From IMG/VR virus record IMGVR_UViG_3300037517_002797: a stretch of 23,993 bases of DNA; one strand, 5' to 3'. The stretch's first letter is position 1. Each line of letters begins with the position of its first letter. Positions 15,228 through 22,687 of the stretch are shown here, one piece after another. Made by a program: the position numbers and the translations under genes. Below the pieces are notes generated by a model. It searched no databases, was not told the origin of the DNA, and worked only from the letters and a program-made list of their open reading frames with translations. This stretch comes from an uncultured virus (IMG/VR IMGVR_UViG_3300037517_002797) (lineage: Duplodnaviria > Heunggongvirae > Uroviricota > Caudoviricetes).

Positions 15228-15456
15228 GAACAGAGACTTAGCGAGATGGTTCAGACGCCCCTTTCGGGATTGAGCCTTAGGCAGTCCGTGTGGCCACACG
15301 CCACCTCGCATATCTCCGTTCCTCACAGGTGGGAGGACGAGTGTCGGCCTAGTGGTCGCCATGCCACTTTGGTTAGTAAAGCCCCCTGCAGGAGGAATAC
15401 CGCTCACTCATGACCCGTCCGCGCTGTGCGGCTAGGCTTGCCCTCGCCACCTGTGC
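15228..15456 (-). ncRNA. Putative two-domain structured ncRNA B (~230 nt)
   Basis: Own promoter, no SD leader; CACAGGTGG/CCACCTGTG, GCCTAG/CTAGGC, GAACGGAGA/TCTCTGTTC, GCGAGGTGG/CCATCTCGC; G-U pairs work on the minus strand. Confidence 0.72.
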
Positions 15457-15478
15457 GAGATCATTTTACATTCCCGAG

Positions 15479-15763
15479 TTAGTCCCAGATCCCTGGGTGA
15501 CCTTCCTCGCGGATCGGTTCAATGTCGCACTCGGCGAGCAGACTTTCGGCCGTTGCGCCTTCGCCGCCATACCACGTGCAGAACCCGTCATTGTCCCACT
15601 CGTCGAGCCTGACCGTCACGACTGGCCATCCGCCACCCGGGCCTTCAGCCTGGTCAATTCTTACCCATGCCGATGGGCAAAGCTTTCGCAGGGCCTCAAG
15701 GGAATGTGTGAGTGTTGGGTAGTCATCGCTAAATGCGACATCCACTTCGTATGTAAGTTTCAT
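15479..15763 (-). CDS. Hypothetical protein (GPGGGWPVV motif)
   Basis: ORF track; motif plus SD. Confidence 0.78.
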   Translation of the reverse strand: MKLTYEVDVAFSDDYPTLTHSLEALRKLCPSAWVRIDQAEGPGGGWPVVTVRLDEWDNDGFCTWYGGEGATAESLLAECDIEPIREEGHPGIWD

Positions 15764-15807
15764 TTTCTTCCTTCCGTCGTTGTGAGATCATTTTACAATC
15801 CCGAGTA

Positions 15808-15952
15808 AAATTTGGAAGGCCGCTACTCATACTTGCGTGCTTGGCAGGGACCAGCCGGTGTCCGGCCAGTATGCTCTTGTGCTTGATGTGTGCTTTGCTT
15901 AGCAGGGATTACCCTGTACCTTCCTGGTCGGTGTTACCCGACCAATCCTTGT
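15808..15952 (-). ncRNA. Putative structured ncRNA C (~145 nt)
   Basis: Own promoter; TGGTCGG/CCGACCA, GGAAGGT/GCCTTCC, CAGGG/CCCTG, CATACT/AGTATG, GGCCGG/CCGGCT. Confidence 0.65.
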
Positions 15953-15956
15953 GAGA

Positions 15957-16298
15957 CTATTTTACAGTCCCGAGTTCTTGGACTTGCCACGGACCTTCGC
16001 CCTTCGCAATGCTGTCGCGGACCATGAATCCGTATGTCTGGACACGGTTGTCCATTGGCTTGCCAAATTCCTTTTCAGCGCCGTTGCACTTATAGCCAGG
16101 CAGCCAACCATTGACGCACGTCCCGTGCAGTGTTGCTGTTACCCAATACGCATTCTCGAGGTCAGTCTCGTCCCCGCCCAATGTCGTGCAGCGTGCCTTG
16201 TACACGCCGGCTGGTACAAGCACTTCGTAGTACCAAGAGGCAGTCTCGCCTGCCGACTTGTGGTACTTCGTTTCTTCTTTGACAGTGAATGTAAGCAC
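15957..16298 (-). CDS. Hypothetical protein (in-frame leaderless ATG also at 16325)
   Basis: ORF track; GTG after GAAAGGAC. Confidence 0.78.
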   Translation of the reverse strand: MLTFTVKEETKYHKSAGETASWYYEVLVPAGVYKARCTTLGGDETDLENAYWVTATLHGTCVNGWLPGYKCNGAEKEFGKPMDNRVQTYGFMVRDSIAKGEGPWQVQELGTVK

Positions 16299-16348
16299 TT
16301 GATGTCCTTTCGTTGTTTCGTTCATGCCACCATCTTACTTTCCTGAGT

Positions 16349-16531
16349 TTAGTCTTGGTACAGACCTTCCGCAAGAAGTTCAGCATGCTCAACGAGCGCT
16401 GACCAGAAGTCTTCAACTCCCTCTGGATCCTTGCTGTCCTCAATTGGGATTATGAGCCTTGGCATCTCGGCGAGCCAGACGTGTACTGCCATGTCTATGC
16501 GCTCGACGCGGAATGGGGTTCCTGTGATCAC
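16349..16531 (-). CDS. Hypothetical protein
   Basis: ORF track; motif plus SD. Confidence 0.72.
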   Translation of the reverse strand: MITGTPFRVERIDMAVHVWLAEMPRLIIPIEDSKDPEGVEDFWSALVEHAELLAEGLYQD

Positions 16532-16580
16532 TGTTTGTCCTTTCGTGTTGGGTTGATGCTGTTACTTTACATTCCGTAGT

Positions 16581-16751
16581 TTACGGACATGAACGATTTG
16601 CGTCACTTGCGTGCTTGCGTAGTTCAAAGCCGCAGTTGTCGCAGATGTCTGATGGGCCGTACGCGCTCGACGGCAGTCTGTCTCGCAGCCGAGTCCCTGA
16701 CGCTTTCTTCTTTCCGTACCTGTACGCTAGGTATGTAGTTAGTAGTCCCAT
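16581..16751 (-). CDS. Leaderless protein, 56 aa, with CxxC-H-C (MGLLTTYLAYRYGKKKA...)
   Basis: Manual translation; TAGACT-GATGGC-ATG. Confidence 0.72.
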   Translation of the reverse strand: MGLLTTYLAYRYGKKKASGTRLRDRLPSSAYGPSDICDNCGFELRKHASDANRSCP

Positions 16752-16760
16752 GCCATCAGT

Positions 16761-16967
16761 CTACTTTCCCGAGTCTTCTCGTGGGAAGAGTACTCGGATG
16801 ATCTCTGCCGAAGGTGCTTCTGGAATCTCGTTGACACTGAGCACGTCAATTGATGTCGGCTCAAGAGTCTGTTGGATGAAAGACCATGCCCGTTCAGCAA
16901 TTTGGTCCTCCATGCCGCTGTTTTCTTCAGTGACACGGAAGACCATGCGGACTTCGTACTCGGTCAT
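16761..16967 (-). CDS. Hypothetical protein
   Basis: ORF track; ATGA overlap with upstream gene. Confidence 0.72.
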   Translation of the reverse strand: MTEYEVRMVFRVTEENSGMEDQIAERAWSFIQQTLEPTSIDVLSVNEIPEAPSAEIIRVLFPREDSGK

Positions 16968-17356
16968 GCATCTACCAAGAAGCGCTTGACGCTTTCTTGG
17001 AAGAATGACATGCCACCCGTTTCCAAGTTCTTCACGTAGATCGGATACTTTGATCGGCTCGTTGCGATGCCTGCAAATGCGTAGTCAGTCCCGTTGACCG
17101 AGAACTTCTTGCCAAGCAAGCCAGCCGGCAATCCGTATGAACTGTGCAATGTCCTGTATGACTGGGCTTCAATTGTTGACTCGTTGATCCCGTTCTCGCC
17201 GATAGTTACCGGAGTTGCGTCAACGGTGAGCGAGTACGAGATGCCGTACTTGGTCCGTGACTTGGCTCGAGCCATGCCGTGCCGCGCAAAGATTGCATCG
17301 GCCGCAGCGTAGATCTCTTCGCTGATTGCGAGTGCTGTCTTTTTGTCTACTTCCAT
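16964..17356 (-). CDS. Hypothetical phage protein (LGKKF..NG..Y...G....RSKYPI)
   Basis: ORF track; motif plus SD. Confidence 0.82.
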   Translation of the reverse strand: MEVDKKTALAISEEIYAAADAIFARHGMARAKSRTKYGISYSLTVDATPVTIGENGINESTIEAQSYRTLHSSYGLPAGLLGKKFSVNGTDYAFAGIATSRSKYPIYVKNLETGGMSFFQESVKRFLVDA

Positions 17357-17395
17357 GATTGTCCTTTCGTGTTGTGTGAGTACATCTTACATTCC

Positions 17396-17686
17396 TTAGT
17401 TCTCATAGAACACGAAGGCATCCATTGCTTGATTCCATGTCTGGTCAAACTCTTGTTCAGATGATTGCCTAAAGCCGAAGTTGTCATTGTGCTCGGAAGC
17501 ATGAACCAGGACAGCTGCTCGAGCGAGCGCTGTACCGAGCGAGACATACTTTTCTTCCCAAGCATTGGCAACATAGTCGCCCCAAAGAACTTTGAAGCCA
17601 TCTGTCTCGAGCAAGATGAAGACCTCTGTATTGTCTCCGCGGCTCTGGAATAGCACCTTGTCTGTTTCTTTGATTAGTAAGCTCAT
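17396..17686 (-). CDS. Hypothetical protein
   Basis: ORF track; start moved after GAAGGA. Confidence 0.78.
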   Translation of the reverse strand: MSLLIKETDKVLFQSRGDNTEVFILLETDGFKVLWGDYVANAWEEKYVSLGTALARAAVLVHASEHNDNFGFRQSSEQEFDQTWNQAMDAFVFYEN

Positions 17687-17744
17687 AACTTTCCTTCCGT
17701 CGTTGTGGTTGATGTAGTCATTATACATTCCTTAGAAGGACGTC

Positions 17745-17942
17745 CTACTCGCTGTCTAGCGAGTAAGCGTGGACGTAGCCATGACGCTCGTCATGGAGGG
17801 TCTCCATCTTGAAGTCAATCAGGATCCGCAGGAACTGAGCGTACGCATCGCTTGGATTGATGAGTCCTCGGTTGAGTTGATTGGATACTTTGGTAATCGC
17901 TTCGTGAGCGTCACCGAGTGAGTTTGGATTGTGCTTGAACAT
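17745..17942 (-). CDS. Hypothetical protein
   Basis: ORF track; start moved after GAAAGGAC. Confidence 0.75.
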   Translation of the reverse strand: MFKHNPNSLGDAHEAITKVSNQLNRGLINPSDAYAQFLRILIDFKMETLHDERHGYVHAYSLDSE

Positions 17943-17992
17943 TGCTTGTCCTTTCGTCTTGGGTATGTAGTCATTATACATTCCTGAGAATG

Positions 17993-18145
17993 CTAGTCCT
18001 CAATCTCTGAAGCGTCAAACTCAAAGTCGCTGATCTTGATTGCCCTGTCACGGACGAGTTCAGCTGCTACTTCTTCGGCATTCTCTTTACTCGTGGCGTC
18101 AACATCCACGCAAGCGTAGATTGATACTCGGTAGTTGGTTGTCAT
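17993..18145 (-). CDS. DpnD/PcfM-like small protein, 50 aa (MTTNYRVSIYACVDVDATSKENAEEVA...)
   Basis: Manual translation; YxVxI...VxVxAxSxExA pattern. Confidence 0.68.
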   Translation of the reverse strand: MTTNYRVSIYACVDVDATSKENAEEVAAELVRDRAIKISDFEFDASEIED

Positions 18146-18192
18146 TGTTTCTCCATCGTTGTTCATGGTGTAATTGTATAGTCCCGAGAATT

Positions 18193-18244
18193 GGCGCGAG
18201 CACAGCAGGGACGAAAGGGGTTATACCTGCTGCGCTCGAGCGCC
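18193..18244 (-). terminator. Long hairpin after the 18248 ORF
   Basis: ggcgcgagcacagcagg...cctgctgcgctcgagcgcc. Confidence 0.5.
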
Positions 18245-18247
18245 GGG

Positions 18248-18661
18248 CTAGACGGTGACCAACCGTCCAGGCTTAGACTCATCAACGGTGGGGGCACCCT
18301 TGAGAGTCACGTGAATGTCAAACGGCCAGAATACTCGCCCGTCCTCGAGCAGCACGCTTTGCTTGCCTAAAATGAATCCTGGCGAGCAAGGGCACGTGCA
18401 ACCTGCGTATTGAGACCACGAGAACTTCTCGAGGCTAACCTGCGGGAGGTAAGACGCAAACAGCGGCTTGATGATCTTCTTCCACTCGGTGTGTGGCCGG
18501 CGAGTGCGATTCATCATGTCTTCTGCGATGTTGAATGTCTCGTCTGCCCAGACATACATCCGAGGTGCTACTGAGTAGCCACGCTTGTCGTTGTGGTTGT
18601 ATCGGCGTTCTTTGATTACTACCTCTGCTCCTGGGAGCAGGAACTTCGCTTGATTGGTCAT
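18248..18661 (-). CDS. Hypothetical protein with WSQYAGCTCPCSPGF motif
   Basis: ORF track; start moved after GAAAGGAC. Confidence 0.8.
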   Translation of the reverse strand: MTNQAKFLLPGAEVVIKERRYNHNDKRGYSVAPRMYVWADETFNIAEDMMNRTRRPHTEWKKIIKPLFASYLPQVSLEKFSWSQYAGCTCPCSPGFILGKQSVLLEDGRVFWPFDIHVTLKGAPTVDESKPGRLVTV

Positions 18662-18767
18662 TGCTTGTCCTTTCGTATTGGTTGGTGAGTCCATTATATA
18701 TTCCGTAGTTTGTGACTGGCTGTACCGGGGTTCGCTTTCCGGCCAGCCAGCCGCAACTTGGGATGGC

Positions 18768-19097
18768 TTACTTGGCTTGAAGCACCGTGTATGGTGACTC
18801 AACCAATGATGCCATGTACGCCTCGGGGAACGCTGTCTTGAGAAGATCACGATCAATCTTGCTCATGTTGCGATGTGAGACCCGGACACGCTCGACTCCA
18901 TTGATGAAGCCGATGTTGTTGCCCTTGAGTGCTTCACGGATCGCTGTCTCCGCTGCTTGCTTCTTAGCCTCGAGAGCCTTGATGGCTGCCTTGGCTTCGT
19001 TGAACTCAACGATCTTGGCTTCCATTGCTGGATCCAAGTCGGTGATGATCTCGATGATCTCGACTTTAGAAGTCGTGGTCACTGTTGATGTGGTCAT
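18768..19097 (-). CDS. Coiled-coil protein resembling the C-terminal part of YqaJ-type recombinase / Gam-like proteins
   Basis: Coiled coil followed by SKIDRDLLKTAFPEAY; family call tentative. Confidence 0.65.
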   Translation of the reverse strand: MTTSTVTTTSKVEIIEIITDLDPAMEAKIVEFNEAKAAIKALEAKKQAAETAIREALKGNNIGFINGVERVRVSHRNMSKIDRDLLKTAFPEAYMASLVESPYTVLQAK

Positions 19098-19144
19098 TGC
19101 TTGTCCTTTCGGTATGGGTTGATGTGATCATTATACTTTCCTTA

Positions 19145-19223
19145 GAAACGGCCCGGCTACTTTGGCTACAACCGACTTGACACGTGGTCCTCTATGTTGC
19201 GCGGTTTTGCCGGACCGCTTCGT
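19145..19223 (-). ncRNA. Putative small RNA cassette E (~80 nt)
   Basis: Own promoter; 13-bp terminal helix GAAGCGGTCCGGC/GCCGGGCCGTTTC with two G-U; no ORF. Confidence 0.62.
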
Positions 19224-19241
19224 GGAATCAGTATACTTTCC

Positions 19242-19427
19242 TTAGAAAGCTAAAGCTACGTGCTCGACATGAGAGTCGGCTGAATGGTAGACCAGTTTAG
19301 AGTCTATGCCTTCGCAGAGCTCATTGAGCTTGTCAATGAAGTCTTCGAGCAGCATGTCAGCTGCATCGCCATCCTCGGCTTCAAATTGGTCAAATGTCAG
19401 TACTACTGACGCACAGTATTTGTACAT
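19242..19427 (-). CDS. Hypothetical acidic protein
   Basis: ORF track; start moved after GAAAGGAC. Confidence 0.72.
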   Translation of the reverse strand: MYKYCASVVLTFDQFEAEDGDAADMLLEDFIDKLNELCEGIDSKLVYHSADSHVEHVALAF

Positions 19428-19472
19428 CGTTGTCCTTTCGTGTTTGGTTGTTGGAATCAATATACATTCCTT

Positions 19473-19544
19473 AGAATACAGTGGCGCTTAGTCGAGCTCA
19501 GTCTTATCTATGACTCGAGCGTCAGGCTTGCGCCGCTGTATTCT
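19473..19544 (-). ncRNA. Putative small RNA cassette F (~72 nt rod)
   Basis: Own promoter; AGAATACAGCGGCGC/GCGCCACTGTATTCT terminal helix; inner GCTCGAGTC/GACTGAGC. Confidence 0.62.
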
Positions 19545-19569
19545 GAGACCATTATAAGTTCCGGAGAAC

Positions 19570-19848
19570 TTACATACAAGGCATAGCACGCCCTGCGACA
19601 TAGACATAGATCATCCTCTTTCCGAGAATGTCCTTGCCGTAGATCCTGGCGAGCTTGGTTGCTTCTTTCTTGTCTGTCGCTCTGAAGTAACGGACATCCC
19701 AAAGGTCAACGCTCGGGTACGGCGCATCTTCTGGAATGAAGGTTGCTTCAAATAGCTTGGTACCTGGTCGGCCATGCAATGCATGCGAGACTAGGTCAAA
19801 GGCAGCGAGCACTTCTTCGTGTGTAGGCTTTGTCGTTGTTGTTGTCAT
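19570..19848 (-). CDS. Leaderless hypothetical protein
   Basis: ORF track; TAGAAT-AACAGC-ATG. Confidence 0.78.
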   Translation of the reverse strand: MTTTTTKPTHEEVLAAFDLVSHALHGRPGTKLFEATFIPEDAPYPSVDLWDVRYFRATDKKEATKLARIYGKDILGKRMIYVYVAGRAMPCM

Positions 19849-19857
19849 GCTGTTATT

Positions 19858-20118
19858 CTACATTCCTGAGTTCAGCGAGTCAACTGCCTTGCGAAGTGCA
19901 GTGTCAATATGAGCATCGTTGTACTCGTCACGATTACTGAGACGGAATCCAAGATCCCATGCACGATGGTATAAGTCCCAGCGATAGCGCATGTCAAGAT
20001 CATTTGCGCGCAGCTTGCCTTCGGCATGCAATGTGCGGTAGGTCTCGCGGAGGTCCGCTGTGTCAAATGGCCTAATCGTATTGACTAGGTCCTGGTAGTC
20101 TTCCTTGGTTACTTTCAT
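19858..20118 (-). CDS. Hypothetical protein (RYRWDL...YNDAHIDTALRK)
   Basis: ORF track; motif plus SD. Confidence 0.8.
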   Translation of the reverse strand: MKVTKEDYQDLVNTIRPFDTADLRETYRTLHAEGKLRANDLDMRYRWDLYHRAWDLGFRLSNRDEYNDAHIDTALRKAVDSLNSGM

Positions 20119-20156
20119 GTGTGTGTGTCCTTTCGTTGCGAGTTACTTTACTGTCC

Positions 20157-20354
20157 TTAGATTCCAGGAAGTGGATCTTGGTCAGGGTTGACGCTTGGGC
20201 CATTGCTCAGCTGCCATGCGATTGACATGCGCTCGCTGTCTGGTGCATTCTCGACAATGTCCCACTCGTCAATAGACCAGTTGGATGTGTCAACGATGAC
20301 CAGGTCGGCGCTGCCATAGCTGCCATCGGCAGCGAAGTAGTGTGTCAAGTTCAT
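20157..20354 (-). CDS. Hypothetical protein
   Basis: ORF track; motif plus SD. Confidence 0.78.
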   Translation of the reverse strand: MNLTHYFAADGSYGSADLVIVDTSNWSIDEWDIVENAPDSERMSIAWQLSNGPSVNPDQDPLPGI

Positions 20355-20444
20355 GTGTGTCCTTTCGTTGTTGATATGATTACTTTACATTCCTCAGAAT
20401 GCTGCCCGTCAATATATACCGGGCCTTGCCATGCCGCTTGCCGC

Positions 20445-20564
20445 TTACGTGTCAGCTGCCCGTCGTTGCGGACCTGCTCCGTCTATGCGAGCCTGACGTG
20501 CCCGTGCTTTGTAGTCTTTAATGTACCTATACAAGTACCGTGCGAGTATGAGCAGCGTGCCGAT
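20445..20564 (-). CDS. 39-codon ORF with ATC start (xGTLLILARYLYRYIKDYKARARQ...)
   Basis: Motif plus GAAAGGAG SD 5 nt before ATC; N-terminus resembles the 16581-16751 product. Confidence 0.45.
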   Translation of the reverse strand: MGTLLILARYLYRYIKDYKARARQARIDGAGPQRRAADT

Positions 20565-20602
20565 AGTCTCTCCTTTCGTTGTATGGTGATATCTTACAAT
20601 CC

Positions 20603-20806
20603 TTAGTTTGACAGCTCCTTGATCGCCGTCTTGATCTTTGCAATGTCAGAGTTTTTTGACGCCATCACGTTGACCGTGAACTTGCGCACGATGCGCTCTG
20701 TGAGCCCAGCCTGCTTGGCAACTTTCTCGATGCCAATCGCAATTACTTTCTCGGCCACTTCTTCCATCGTCATCACGGCGTTATCAATGTTTGGTCTGAA
20801 TGCCAT
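20603..20806 (-). CDS. Putative HTH (XRE-like) protein
   Basis: GIEKVAKQAGLTERIVRKF...DIAKI. Confidence 0.68.
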   Translation of the reverse strand: MAFRPNIDNAVMTMEEVAEKVIAIGIEKVAKQAGLTERIVRKFTVNVMASKNSDIAKIKTAIKELSN

Positions 20807-20863
20807 TGTCTGTCCTTTCGGTAGGTTGTGTGTCTAACTATACATTCCTGAGAATGTGCCAGA

Positions 20864-20902
20864 CCAGGGAGGCGGAAAGGACAAGTAACACACGCTCCCT
20901 GG
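20864..20902 (-). terminator. Hairpin after the VWA gene
   Basis: ccagggag...ctccctgg. Confidence 0.5.
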
Positions 20903-20911
20903 CCGGACGAC

Positions 20912-22687
20912 TTAGCCGACGCTCGTTAGAGCTCGAGCGGCCGCTGCACCTATCTCGGTGGCAACCGCTGTCGGCTGACTTGTGTTTGGTAGGAGCACTG
21001 CGCTCGTACCATTGGTAATGCTTCGTGCGTGAAGCCCGTTGTCAATTGACAGCCATAGCACGCCGACACCTGACTTACAACATTCGCTGACCCATCGCTT
21101 CGCAGCTTGAGACTCAGGTCCTGTGTAACAGCCATCGCTAACAACAACGAGAAGACGAGCGCCTGCTCCGTTGAGCAAGTTGAGTCCGCCGTTGAGTGCT
21201 TTGAATGCGCTGTCAAACTTTTCGGTGCCATCGGGCGCCGTGTAGATGTTGACTTCGCTCAGGTGCTGACCGGGCTTCAGTGTTGGGAACACTGCTTCAC
21301 CGTAGTACACCATCGCTGCACGCCCTTGCACTCTGCGCACTGCTTCGCTCATGACCCACGCTGTCACTGCCATCGGCTCCATCGCCTCTGACATTGAACC
21401 GCTGATATCCACCATCACGCCGATGGTGAGTGTCGGGTCATCAACGTGCTTGCGCACTGTGCGCCTCCACGGCTCTGCTTGTGCCATCACGCCCTTAGCT
21501 TTGAGCGCCGCACCTTGCACCATCGCACGAGTGCGAAGTCTGCCGGGAGGAAGTATTGAATGGATCTCAACTTCGTCCCTGTCTCGGTACTTAGCCTTGT
21601 CAAGCATCTGCGCAACCTTCACAGCAGCTGCTCGCTCTTCGCCACTTGGTGGACGTGTCGTTTGCAGTGTGCTGCGTGTGCGAGTCTCTGGCATTGGGCC
21701 AGTGCCCTTGCCGAAGCAATCGTCCGCAAGCTTTTCGTGCTCTTGTTGTTCCTTCGCTTTTGACTGACGAGCCTTGGCTTCTTCCTTCCACTCCTCTGTC
21801 GTCTGCTGATCAACGAGCTGCTCGTAAGAACCAAGCTCAGCAATCTCAACAGCTTCACCAAGCGCATCGAGCAGGTCAGCAAGTTCGCCGGCGGACATTC
21901 CACCTGACTGACTGCCGCCTTCATCTTCTTCCTCTTCGCCTGTGACTTCGTTGAGCAGTGCAACCCACTTGCGAGCGAGCTCGTAAAGTTCGGTAGCATC
22001 AATGTGCTTGTCGTGATTCTGTGCTTCAAGCCAGATGTCACGAAGCTTGCCAAGAGTGTCTTCGCCAAGTTGAGCAATGACGCTTAGCTTGATGCCTTCA
22101 ATGTCTGCTTCTTCAACTGAGCCAGCGTCAACTCGAGCGAGCGTCAGCGCAGCGAGTGCTGCTGCTGCACGTTGGCTGTTCTCTGGTAGTGGCTCGTCCT
22201 CAAGATCAGCGAGAACAATTTGGAGCACGCATGCACGGAGGAACCCTGCATTTTCTGGATAGATCTGAAGTCCCTGTGACTCGATGCGTCCTTCCTCAAG
22301 AAGCACGAGTGCTTTGAACTCTGCTGGAGTCAGCGTGCGCTGTGCTGCTTCAATGTCCCACAATGAGTAGCGAGCATGAAGCGCTTCGTGAAAGATGGCG
22401 CCAGTTGCCTTCGGCCATTCAAACTGCTGCGAGCGCTGACGGAGGTCGCCGATATCGGAAGGATTGACGCCCTTGCCGAAAGCAACATCCACATTGACTT
22501 CAACCTCGGCTGTCGCCGGCGTGAAGCATGCTGGTGCGATACCGCCGGCACCTGGGCCGACATATCCAACCAAGTCACCTCGGCCTGCCCAGATGTTAGC
22601 CAACTGGCCAACCTGCGAGCCAACCATCAACCACTTAGGGTCAGTGGCCTCGGCGCGTGTCTTGCGCCTGTAATCAATATGTCCCAT
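20912..22687 (-). CDS. VWA domain protein with N-terminal HExxH region (CobT-like MoxR partner)
   Basis: IFHEALH...LEEGRIE; acidic linker; MIDAS DISGSMS, T, VVSDG. Confidence 0.88.
   Translation of the reverse strand: MGHIDYRRKTRAEATDPKWLMVGSQVGQLANIWAGRGDLVGYVGPGAGGIAPACFTPATAEVEVNVDVAFGKGVNPSDIGDLRQRSQQFEWPKATGAIFHEALHARYSLWDIEAAQRTLTPAEFKALVLLEEGRIESQGLQIYPENAGFLRACVLQIVLADLEDEPLPENSQRAAAALAALTLARVDAGSVEEADIEGIKLSVIAQLGEDTLGKLRDIWLEAQNHDKHIDATELYELARKWVALLNEVTGEEEEDEGGSQSGGMSAGELADLLDALGEAVEIAELGSYEQLVDQQTTEEWKEEAKARQSKAKEQQEHEKLADDCFGKGTGPMPETRTRSTLQTTRPPSGEERAAAVKVAQMLDKAKYRDRDEVEIHSILPPGRLRTRAMVQGAALKAKGVMAQAEPWRRTVRKHVDDPTLTIGVMVDISGSMSEAMEPMAVTAWVMSEAVRRVQGRAAMVYYGEAVFPTLKPGQHLSEVNIYTAPDGTEKFDSAFKALNGGLNLLNGAGARLLVVVSDGCYTGPESQAAKRWVSECCKSGVGVLWLSIDNGLHARSITNGTSAVLLPNTSQPTAVATEIGAAAARALTSVG

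Noticed and set aside
17687..17728. Extended N-termini such as MYNDYI..., MYSQPTTKER, MIPTTKHER in the ORF track
   Set aside because: They translate the promoter and leader itself; the true starts follow the SD.
14571..19544. tRNA genes among the 70-80 nt cassettes
   Set aside because: No cloverleaf with GTTCRA T-loop, 7-bp acceptor stem or CCA end.
6200..20860. CRISPR array interpretation of the repeats
   Set aside because: Repeats are degenerate and non-palindromic, contain a -10 box, and are separated by variable 75-600 bp units holding whole genes; no cas genes.
6200..20860. True integron with attC sites
   Set aside because: No RYYYAAC...GTTRRRY palindromic attC structure and no tyrosine integrase in the window.
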